Positions 18,241 through 26,445 of a stretch of 64,000 bases of DNA are shown here, in pieces. Made by a program: the position numbers and the translations under genes. The DNA is taken from positions 1 to 64,000 of IMG/VR virus record IMGVR_UViG_3300010396_000045. One strand, 5' to 3'. Numbering within the stretch: position 1 is the first letter of the stretch; every line of letters begins with the position of its first letter. This DNA comes from a virus. The notes beneath the pieces were generated by a model. That model was not told the origin of the DNA, ran no database searches, and worked only from the letters and a program-made list of their open reading frames with translations.

Positions 18241-20007
18241 CTAGCTTCCAAATTCAGAGACATCGAGCGTCTGTGGTGCCGTATATTCGGCGTGTATCGT
18301 GAACGGCATCGTCGGCGCTGCTCCGGTAAGCATCTGCGCGTAGACGCTGTGCCAGCCGCGCTCCTTCGTCCTGCCGTAGACGTGCGTGCTCTTGCCGCTC
18401 ACAAGCGTCAGGCCGTCTGGCGACGTAATGCGCTGCTCGCACGCGAAGCCCTCGAGCGTGCCAGGCTCCATCAGCACCGAGATGTACGTGCCGGCCTCGG
18501 CCCAGACGCGCCCGACGTAATGCGACGCAGAGGTGAGGGGACCAATATCGAGGTCGTCCGCACCATCGAAATCCTGGAGCGTAGAGCGCCCAGGAGGCGG
18601 CTGATGAACCGCACCCTCCATAGACGCAGGCCCCCAGATGCCGAAGCCAACGCCGTTCGCAGCGGGCGGCACGCCGAAGGTCACGCGACCGTTGCTGTCC
18701 GTCCAGCAGTCCTGCGCGTTGTGCCCCGTAAAGTCGTGCAGCCGAACGCCGGGGCCGAAATGCGTCTGGACATTCACCGTATGCCAGCCGGGATAGAAAT
18801 AATCGTTGGACAGCGCCACAACGCACCCAGGCGCGGCGCCCCAGCCCATACGCTCGAACACATAGACCCGAGCGTTGTTCGTCAGGCGAGGGACGGTACT
18901 CCCGCCGGCTAGCATCTGCGCGCACCAGATGAGGTTGTTGATCCCGTCCTCAAGCCCGTAGCAGTCCGGCTCCTTGAGGTAGTCGCGGATATAAACGCAC
19001 GGCAGGCCTTCGCTCATGAGCATAAGCGCGTAGCCGAGCAGCTTGTTGAAGACGATGGTCGCGAATCCGTTCGTGTCGCTGTCCATGCTCTCGACGAAGG
19101 TGACCGCCTTCATCGGGTTAGTCTGGTACATCGCCTCCCAGTTATTCTTTAGACGGCTCATATCGAATGAGCTGTCATTGCACATAATCATTGCCTGATT
19201 GTAGTGAAATCCGAAATCGAAGGAACTCGCAAGGCCATCTACCTGGGATACCCACCAGTTGGTATCGTTCGGATTTCCGCTCGCGTATTCGCCGAAAAAG
19301 AACTTGCCCCGCATAGCGCCATAGGTCATCCAAGCCTTGGCAAACTGAATGGCTAACCCCTTAGTATCGTCGATTCTCGCGCCATTAGCTCCTGTCGTAC
19401 GGAACAACCAGTCTCCAGCTTCAAGAAGACCGTTCCATACATAGCCCTTGGGGACTGAATTGACCGGAGCTAGCGGATTCCCAAAGGCAAAGTTATTCGC
19501 TGGGTCGGGGACCGGATCGACATGCACATATGGGGGGATCGTGTCGCCAGGAGCAGAAGGGCTAAAGCATCCAGGGTCCTTCGGAAACCTACCGTTAGTC
19601 TTGCCCGTAGCGGAGACATATCGGTAGACGCCGTTTTTGCCACCCATACGTTGGTGCGGAACATAATCGAGCAGAACATTCAGACCATTGGCCTTGCAGA
19701 TCGCAATAGCACGGCGTAACAGATCGCCTGTGCCGAACCTTGTCGGCTTAGTGCCCTGTTGGTTTAGCGTCCCAATATCATAGTCCGAAAAGACACCATA
19801 CCCGTCGTCCCCCTTCCCGGCTCCCCCTTGGCACTTAAGGGGATTTGGAAACAGCACGTCGGTTATGCCGGTGCGCGACCACCCTCGAGCCCATGACCCG
19901 ATACGGTCTAGCCACCAGTAAGGGGATGAATTATCATCGTAAGGAGCCGGGACGGCTAAGGACGGGCCGCGCCTAAAATTGGCCCAGAGCATGACACGAC
20001 CGCTCAT
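18241..20007 (-). CDS. Alpha-amylase family (GH13) glycoside hydrolase
   Basis: GYGVFSDYDIG, TRFGT, LDYVPHQ, GARIDDTKG (nucleophile Asp), FGEY (Glu), AVTFVESMDSD (Asp), EGLPCVY. Confidence 0.9.
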   Translation of the reverse strand: MSGRVMLWANFRRGPSLAVPAPYDDNSSPYWWLDRIGSWARGWSRTGITDVLFPNPLKCQGGAGKGDDGYGVFSDYDIGTLNQQGTKPTRFGTGDLLRRAIAICKANGLNVLLDYVPHQRMGGKNGVYRYVSATGKTNGRFPKDPGCFSPSAPGDTIPPYVHVDPVPDPANNFAFGNPLAPVNSVPKGYVWNGLLEAGDWLFRTTGANGARIDDTKGLAIQFAKAWMTYGAMRGKFFFGEYASGNPNDTNWWVSQVDGLASSFDFGFHYNQAMIMCNDSSFDMSRLKNNWEAMYQTNPMKAVTFVESMDSDTNGFATIVFNKLLGYALMLMSEGLPCVYIRDYLKEPDCYGLEDGINNLIWCAQMLAGGSTVPRLTNNARVYVFERMGWGAAPGCVVALSNDYFYPGWHTVNVQTHFGPGVRLHDFTGHNAQDCWTDSNGRVTFGVPPAANGVGFGIWGPASMEGAVHQPPPGRSTLQDFDGADDLDIGPLTSASHYVGRVWAEAGTYISVLMEPGTLEGFACEQRITSPDGLTLVSGKSTHVYGRTKERGWHSVYAQMLTGAAPTMPFTIHAEYTAPQTLDVSEFGS

Positions 20008-20020
20008 TTAATGCTTCTCC

Positions 20021-20641
20021 TTAGCTCCGGTGTCGCACCGGAGTTCTAATAGCCCGCTCGACATCCCAACCCAATTTGCGCACGCGGCTGTAGATAGTTC
20101 CTTCAGCCTCTCCCATGCGTCGGATCTCATCCGCGAGAATAGTCCCAGACTTGGTTCTTATATTAGACCGGGCATTACGGACCTGTTCCTGCTGAGAAGC
20201 CCACCGACAGTTCTCTGGCTCGTAATTCCCATTATGGTCGATGCGCTCAATAGTTGGCTTCCCAGGTAGCCTGGGACCCATATCTGCATAGAAATTAGCG
20301 AAGTCCTTCCAACGGTCACAGACGACTATTCCTCGGCCTCCATAATGCCGATAATCCTCGCCTTTGGGGTTATTGCACCGATTATTCATAGCGCACCACG
20401 AAGCATATTCCGGGGAATCAGCCATCCCGTGCTTTCTGTTCCGGTCACCTAGCTGCTTCTTGTGGACGCACCCGCATGAGGTGGTATCGCCGTTCTTAAG
20501 ACTCATCGCCTGGATTGACTTCTCATTCCCACAATCGCATTTGACGAACCATTTTGTGCGCCCTGCTGGGGTTTTCTGTGGGTCGAGAGATAAAACGACC
20601 AGCCTACCGAACCGCCTACCCTTCAAGTCCTCTAAAGCCAT
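20021..20641 (-). CDS. Free-standing HNH homing endonuclease
   Basis: [13 protein letters not shown]...[35 protein letters not shown]. Confidence 0.9.
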   Translation of the reverse strand: MALEDLKGRRFGRLVVLSLDPQKTPAGRTKWFVKCDCGNEKSIQAMSLKNGDTTSCGCVHKKQLGDRNRKHGMADSPEYASWCAMNNRCNNPKGEDYRHYGGRGIVVCDRWKDFANFYADMGPRLPGKPTIERIDHNGNYEPENCRWASQQEQVRNARSNIRTKSGTILADEIRRMGEAEGTIYSRVRKLGWDVERAIRTPVRHRS

Positions 20642-20700
20642 CCCGCACCGCTCCGCTGTGGTGCGCCATCATAGCTATGCAGAACGCATACTTCCAGCGT

Positions 20701-21156
20701 TTACGGCGTGATAGGCAGCGGTATCGGCGGCACATACGTCCCCGATGCGATCCTGGTCAGCAGGTTGATAAAGCCCAGGACATCGCCTTGGGCGTCTAGA
20801 AATAGTGCGGAGCATCCCAGCTTGACGGAGTTCGGGATCGACGCGAGCGCCCCGCCTGGTGTGCTGAAGCCCTTGTAGATATCGCGAGCGTGCTGGAAGG
20901 CGTCGAAGGCACCGATAGGCACGACCGGCTGGCCGTGGTTCTGCTGTAGGGTGATGACCCAGTTCGCCAGCACCGGATAGCAGGCAACGGCCAGAGTGTC
21001 GTTGTGAGCTGCGGCGTCCGCAGCGGCAGCGTTGAGATCAGCGATATTGATGGCAGCTAATTTCGCCAGCGCGTTATTCAGGTTAGTGTTCGTCTGCTGC
21101 TGTTGCTGAGCCGTACAGCCCGCGAGCAGAGCCACGGCTAGGTATGCAATACGCAT
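20701..21156 (-). CDS. Lipoprotein
   Basis: Lipobox LAGC after a short hydrophobic leader. Confidence 0.7.
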   Translation of the reverse strand: MRIAYLAVALLAGCTAQQQQQTNTNLNNALAKLAAINIADLNAAAADAAAHNDTLAVACYPVLANWVITLQQNHGQPVVPIGAFDAFQHARDIYKGFSTPGGALASIPNSVKLGCSALFLDAQGDVLGFINLLTRIASGTYVPPIPLPITP

Positions 21157-21188
21157 AGCGCCTTATAGGCATGCTCCACGCTCAGCGC

Positions 21189-21219
21189 AAAAAGAAAAAG
21201 CCCCAGGCGAACCTGGGGC
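21189..21219 (-). terminator. Intrinsic terminator
   Basis: GCCCCAGG-CGAA-CCTGGGGC perfect stem with AAAAAGAAAAA on the left. Confidence 0.8.
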
Positions 21220-21280
21220 AAGTGAGAGATGCGATTGGACGAGGCACCTATCGCGCTATCCGGTGCGCGCCGCAAGAGTC

Positions 21281-21658
21281 TCAACGGAACGGACTCGTCC
21301 GCAAATGAGCGGCGTTCGATACGCCAAAACCTACGGACCCGGCTGTATGCTTGTCCGTCACGTAGACCGTGTGATGACCCGGGCTAAGGCCGGGATGCTG
21401 GAAATAGAACGAACGCAAAGTCACGCCGGAGTTGAAGGGGAACGGCATATAGACCGCCCCCGTCTCCGGAGGCGACCAGTGCAGCGCGATGGAGCCGCGC
21501 GAGGGGGTGGTTCCGTAGATGCTGCTGACCTTGCCGGGATGTGGTGGATCGTCCGCGTAATACAGCGTGGGCTTATAGGAATAGCCCGAGAGCGACCCGC
21601 TGATGCGGAAGGTCTGGCCGGAGTGCGGATACCCCGGCTTATTGACGATGATCGTCAC
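21281..21658 (-). CDS. Hypothetical Ig-like protein
   Basis: GGGAGG RBS; ISGSLSGYSYKPTLYY...LSPGHHTVYV resembles the C-terminus of the 44074-45585 protein (VSGSLPGFTSVPTLQY...LAAGQHVLYV). Confidence 0.6.
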   Translation of the reverse strand: MTIIVNKPGYPHSGQTFRISGSLSGYSYKPTLYYADDPPHPGKVSSIYGTTPSRGSIALHWSPPETGAVYMPFPFNSGVTLRSFYFQHPGLSPGHHTVYVTDKHTAGSVGFGVSNAAHLRTSPFR

Positions 21659-21670
21659 AGCATCCTCCCG

Positions 21671-22543
21671 TTATGACTTCGGCGCCTCGACCAGCCGGAT
21701 TGTCCAGAAGTCTGACGCGAGGTTGGCGTTCGTCAGGTACAGATACGGCATGGTGAAGTTGCCGTTGTCGCCCCACTCGGTTCCCCAGCTATTGCGGCAG
21801 CGGAATACGCCGGCCTTGTCGTCGTGGCCGTAGACGATAACGCAGTGCCCGCCGAGGAGTTGCTCGCTCGGCTGCGGCATGGGGACTTTGCCGTCCTGCG
21901 CGACCTGTGCGGACTCGAATGACTCGTAGACCGAGAAGCCGATGACGAACGGATATCCGGAGGCGAGGCAGGACTTCATGATCGACAGGTTCTGAGAGAC
22001 GCGGAAATACTGGAGAGCTTGGTTATTCAGCGCGTCCTTGTAAGCCTGCCTCGGCGGCTTGTCGGCGAACTTGTCGATGTTGTATGGCCAGTCGGATTCG
22101 GGAGGGGCGCCCAGCTTCGCAACAGCCTTGATGCCATCTCGGATTTCCGCTCCGGCATCCTGGTCTACGGTGCCCTCGATGACCCTCTCTGCGTAGTAGA
22201 TAAACAGGCGAGAGGGAGTGAAGTTAGGCGTCAGGCCTTGCTTCATACGCTCGAACTGGAGCGCCGTGCCGATACCATGCGCGGTGCAGCTCCCGAGCTG
22301 CCCCTGGTCCAAAACCGGTGGGTTATGCTGCGCGAACACGTTCGACTCAGCCGGTAGCGTGGTCGGCGTCACCAGTCGGAGATACTGGTCCCTGACATCC
22401 GGAAGGTCTTTGCGCCAGCCATACTTGTGGATCTTGCGCTTATGCAGGTCATGGAAGCCGGCGTGGCCACTCATGCTAATGTCTCCTGGGTTGGATATAT
22501 GTGCTTGGAAAGCTAGTCGAGGCCGAGCAGAACTCGCGCCCAC
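21671..22543 (-). CDS. Papain-like C1 cysteine peptidase
   Basis: DQGQLGSCTA (Gln, Cys), PSRLFIYY, GGHC (His), RNSWG (Asn); true start may be near 22474. Confidence 0.92.
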   Translation of the reverse strand: MGASSARPRLAFQAHISNPGDISMSGHAGFHDLHKRKIHKYGWRKDLPDVRDQYLRLVTPTTLPAESNVFAQHNPPVLDQGQLGSCTAHGIGTALQFERMKQGLTPNFTPSRLFIYYAERVIEGTVDQDAGAEIRDGIKAVAKLGAPPESDWPYNIDKFADKPPRQAYKDALNNQALQYFRVSQNLSIMKSCLASGYPFVIGFSVYESFESAQVAQDGKVPMPQPSEQLLGGHCVIVYGHDDKAGVFRCRNSWGTEWGDNGNFTMPYLYLTNANLASDFWTIRLVEAPKS

Positions 22544-22738
22544 ATCAGCAGCGCCGTATGGGATGGGGCGTCACCAGCGGGGCCGAAGTCTGAGGAGAAA
22601 GAAACGGTCCACACGCCGCCGATATTGTTCGCCTCTATCCCAAGGCTCGCGATGGCCTGCGTAACGCCCATGTAGCGGACCCGATCGGCGATAACCTCGG
22701 GAACGCGGCTGCAATACGGACTGTCGTTTAGCATGCGA

Positions 22739-25700
22739 TCATCCCCACCAAATGGCGCGGCCAGCATTATGAGTGGCATCATTGGGCGGTAACGTATCGC
22801 CAGCCCATGGGGGCCAGTAGACAAGGCGGTCGTCTGCGACGAAGAAGACCTCGCGCGAAATACCTTGCGTAAATATCCTTATCTGGCCTCTAGCTAAGAG
22901 AGGCGGAAGAACACCCAATCCAGCGATGGGCATGCCTGCCCCTTGGAAAAGAGCAGCGCTCCCGGAGAACGAGATAGCTGCTGCCCCTGTTGCGAATTGC
23001 TCTGCACCAAGGACACCCCTGCTAGACAGGTCCCAAGAGATGTTAGCTGAGACCGGGACTGAGAAACCGACAGAGCCAACAGCCGAAACGGTAAATGCGG
23101 CGCGACCAACAGCGCTTTGTTGGGTAACGCCTGCCCCTGAAGCCGAAAAGACAATCGACGAAGAGGCTGTCGCGTTATCAGATTGCCCTAGAGAGGATAC
23201 ACAAGCGATATCGACATATGCGATCCCATGCGCGGCTGTCGATATAGCCCCAGACGCTGATACCTGAAGGACTGTAGCCTGCCCGGACGCTCCGAGAGGA
23301 GAGCTAGCTAAACCCAGCGCCGATAGGCTGGGGAGCTGAATCCTGGCAAAGCAAACTGACCCCTGGCCGGCAAATCCAAAACCTGAAAGCGCCAGGATCG
23401 TATTAGTCCCCAGACACCAGTCCGGAGACGTAGCGACGCACGCTAGCGGGATTACTGTCGCGGCGCCGGATGCCGCATTATGCTGGTCTATCCGACCGAC
23501 AGCACTAATCGATAGGACCGAGTCAGAGCCGCTGGCGTTTGTGCCAGATGAGAGAGTTCCAGCGGCTGAGAGAGAGGCGAAGCTAGTAGAGCTAGACGCT
23601 AGGTCGGCCTGATTAACGTGGCCAGTAGAAGAGAAGGCTAAGGTCGCCAGGCCATTGGCGACATCGACCTGGCCGGCCTGTCCTACCGCCGCGAGCTGAA
23701 GAAGGTTGGCTGCGCCTGATGCCTGACCAACCTGCTGCTGCATACTGGCCGAGCAACTCAGGTCGAAGAAGGTGACGTAAGGCCCAGGCTCGTTGCTTTG
23801 CTGAGCTACAACCTGCAAGGCTGGCAGGTCTTTTAGGGCAATGTCCCCCTGCTGCTCGCCCCAAGCGAAGTAGTAGTCGAATGGAGGATTTGGCGTGAGC
23901 GGTCGCCATGCCGCGATGGTCTGCCGCAACTGGTCCGGCGTCGGGACCTCGAACGGCGCTCCCCAGTTTCCAAGACCGAACGCCTGATAGCTCGGGACAA
24001 TCGCTTCAGGCGGAATGCCAGCAGCTACAGCGGCATTGAAGTTTAGAGCCAGGATCGAAGTATCGAACCCGCCGTTCAGGTCATCCCGGACTGGATAGCC
24101 GTCAATGCCGTAGTAGTCTATGTCCGTATTCGACGGGAGATAGCCCGTGAAGCCATTATACTGGTCATATGCCGGGGCATAGCTACTGCCCAGGTTAGCG
24201 ATCCAGATGAATGTCTTGGTGCCAGGGAAATTCGTATGGATATAGTCGGCCTGCGCCTTAAGATTCGCAGGGTCGTAAAACGTTCCCCATGTCCCGGACG
24301 GATCCGGGTCTGCGGTATCAGCAAGGTAGAAAGCGAAGATCGAATCAATGTACGGCGCGCACGCCGTCATCATGTTAGTGAATGTGGTATCGACACCGTT
24401 CGGGTTGCCGACATATACCAGCGCCTTAACGCCGGTCGGCAGGAACGGAAGAAGACCAGCGCTGGCTACATCGGCAAGAGTGAAGCCTAATGTCTGGAGA
24501 TTGGGGTCGAAGTTGCTCGGCCAGTTAGCATTCGGAGCAAAGTGCCAGGGAGTCTGGGGGCCTATCGGCGTTCGCAGGAACGCAGAAATGCTCAGCACAC
24601 AAGAGCCGACCATTCCGAACTGAATGGTAGCGACTCCGGTTGCAGGGTTCTGACCTACTTGTCCCGCTGCACCGACAGCAGACAGAGTAAGTAGCGAGGC
24701 CTTTCCGTATGACCAGTCGGAGATCGTCGCGGACGAGGTGAGGGCCTCGATTGTCCCCGCCGCTTGGGCGTGGTTCGACTGACCTAGCGATACAGCGCTT
24801 GAGAGCGCGTCTATCGTACCAGAGGCAACGGCGCTATTGAACTGCTGCGCTGTTCCTACCGCAGATAATGCGGAGATGGTATCAGTAGCGGATGCTTGGT
24901 CGTTTTGCCCGAGTTGGCCGCTGGCCCCCGTCAGCAGCGGTAAGGTAGCTTGACCAGTAGCGTTTGTGCCAGACGCCGCATGACCTACGGCCGATATGGC
25001 GAACGCGGTCTGAATCCCGGATGCTAGGGCCTGTTGCCCTGCAGTGCCCGAAGAAGCGTAGCTCAGCGTTGCTCGGCCGTAGCACCACAGGCTTACCGTT
25101 CCATTGCCTGTGATCGGCGCAACTGTCGCTACGCACGAGGCGGCGTTGGACTGGCCGATCTGCGCCGTAGCAGAGAGCTGAAAAAAGGTCGCGGTGCTTG
25201 AGCCGCGATCATATTGTCTAGCCTGACCAACAACAGTCAGCGGAAGGAACGTCGCAGCGCCGTAGGCCCAGTCGCTAATAGACGCGACAGAGCTAAGCGG
25301 GAGGAATGATGCAGTGGCCTGGGCGTTGTCGGACTGAAGCGCTGTTCCGGTACAGCTTAGTGCGAGGGTTCCCGAGCCTGTTGCTGAATTACTAGTCGGA
25401 GCTGCCGGAACTGCAACATCTACACCGGCTAGTACATCAGCCAGGGATGATGAGGTATGATCTGTCCAGACTACTGATGATGCACTGGGCGCATATGCCG
25501 CCGTCCCAGCAACGTGTGTAGCATCATGGTAGAGATTGGTGGAGCCAGTCGTATTAAGATACGGGCTGGTATAGGTATTTGTGTTGTTCGCCGATGTGCA
25601 GAACGAGATATTGCCGCTTGCGCCAGTCAGCGTGATCGTATGCGAAGTGCTTGCAGCCGGCTTTGCCGAATTGAAGTTCTGGAACGCATTCGCGATCGTA

Positions 25701-26038
25701 TCCGTCGCAGTGCCCGTGAAGGACAGCGCATCCAGAATGCAAGTCAGGCTGCCGGTCCAGGAGGCTCTTAGTGTCTTGGCCCCCGGTGTCGGATTAAGCA
25801 GACCGAAGATCCAGATCCAGCCGCTGGTTATGTTGACAGAACCAACCAAGGTCATCGCCTGGTTGGTTCCGCCGTTGTCCCAGGTCAGCGTCAGACCGGA
25901 TAGGTTGTTATTCGAGTTGACGACCGCGAGAAGCGCCGTAGCGCTGCTGCCAACCGTCAGAGTCGTTAAGCTTGCAGATGTGGTCGCGGTCCCGACAATA
26001 GTCGGAGCCGTAGCGGAGGCATCAACCGCAACTGCCAT
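22739..26038 (-). CDS. Large Ala/Ser/Thr-repeat virion fibre-like protein with an embedded glycoside-hydrolase-like domain
   Basis: Many A.G.AT...L.A.G repeats flank a globular region (FAFYLAD...DP, DIDYYGIDGYP, IVPSYQAFG, YFAWG). Confidence 0.65.
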   Translation of the reverse strand: MAVAVDASATAPTIVGTATTSASLTTLTVGSSATALLAVVNSNNNLSGLTLTWDNGGTNQAMTLVGSVNITSGWIWIFGLLNPTPGAKTLRASWTGSLTCILDALSFTGTATDTIANAFQNFNSAKPAASTSHTITLTGASGNISFCTSANNTNTYTSPYLNTTGSTNLYHDATHVAGTAAYAPSASSVVWTDHTSSSLADVLAGVDVAVPAAPTSNSATGSGTLALSCTGTALQSDNAQATASFLPLSSVASISDWAYGAATFLPLTVVGQARQYDRGSSTATFFQLSATAQIGQSNAASCVATVAPITGNGTVSLWCYGRATLSYASSGTAGQQALASGIQTAFAISAVGHAASGTNATGQATLPLLTGASGQLGQNDQASATDTISALSAVGTAQQFNSAVASGTIDALSSAVSLGQSNHAQAAGTIEALTSSATISDWSYGKASLLTLSAVGAAGQVGQNPATGVATIQFGMVGSCVLSISAFLRTPIGPQTPWHFAPNANWPSNFDPNLQTLGFTLADVASAGLLPFLPTGVKALVYVGNPNGVDTTFTNMMTACAPYIDSIFAFYLADTADPDPSGTWGTFYDPANLKAQADYIHTNFPGTKTFIWIANLGSSYAPAYDQYNGFTGYLPSNTDIDYYGIDGYPVRDDLNGGFDTSILALNFNAAVAAGIPPEAIVPSYQAFGLGNWGAPFEVPTPDQLRQTIAAWRPLTPNPPFDYYFAWGEQQGDIALKDLPALQVVAQQSNEPGPYVTFFDLSCSASMQQQVGQASGAANLLQLAAVGQAGQVDVANGLATLAFSSTGHVNQADLASSSTSFASLSAAGTLSSGTNASGSDSVLSISAVGRIDQHNAASGAATVIPLACVATSPDWCLGTNTILALSGFGFAGQGSVCFARIQLPSLSALGLASSPLGASGQATVLQVSASGAISTAAHGIAYVDIACVSSLGQSDNATASSSIVFSASGAGVTQQSAVGRAAFTVSAVGSVGFSVPVSANISWDLSSRGVLGAEQFATGAAAISFSGSAALFQGAGMPIAGLGVLPPLLARGQIRIFTQGISREVFFVADDRLVYWPPWAGDTLPPNDATHNAGRAIWWG

Positions 26039-26064
26039 CAGTCATCCTAGTCTCGCTATAGGCC

Positions 26065-26442
26065 TTACCGAATAGTGCAGGGTATGATGAAGCTTCTAGT
26101 AAGTGTCTGAAGGTCAGATGACTGAATCGTAACGCTGACCATATATTCGTTGCCAACGCTCCCGCCACCTAAACGCACCGCTACTCGGGTCCAGTCCTCA
26201 TTGATGGCCGGCGTTCCAAGGCTATACAAATCAGATGGGGCACCATCGTTCCTTATGACGGAAACAGATGGGGTCGAGTTCTGAGAAATGGTGTCACAGT
26301 CTATTGCAGCCAGAGGACCGGAGAAGTCACATGCAACGACCGTCTCGTCTCCAGGCGCTATACCGTCCTTGAGCCTCTTCAGAGTACGGGCATCAGCTCC
26401 CAGAGGGACAGACCCGGGAAGCCAGGTGATGGATCCGCTCAT
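26065..26442 (-). CDS. Phage fibre-adaptor-like protein
   Basis: ACDFS...DTIS...VRLGGGSVGNEYMVSVTIQSS..QTLTRSF; lies between two repeat fibre genes. Confidence 0.55.
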   Translation of the reverse strand: MSGSITWLPGSVPLGADARTLKRLKDGIAPGDETVVACDFSGPLAAIDCDTISQNSTPSVSVIRNDGAPSDLYSLGTPAINEDWTRVAVRLGGGSVGNEYMVSVTIQSSDLQTLTRSFIIPCTIR

Positions 26443-26445
26443 GGC

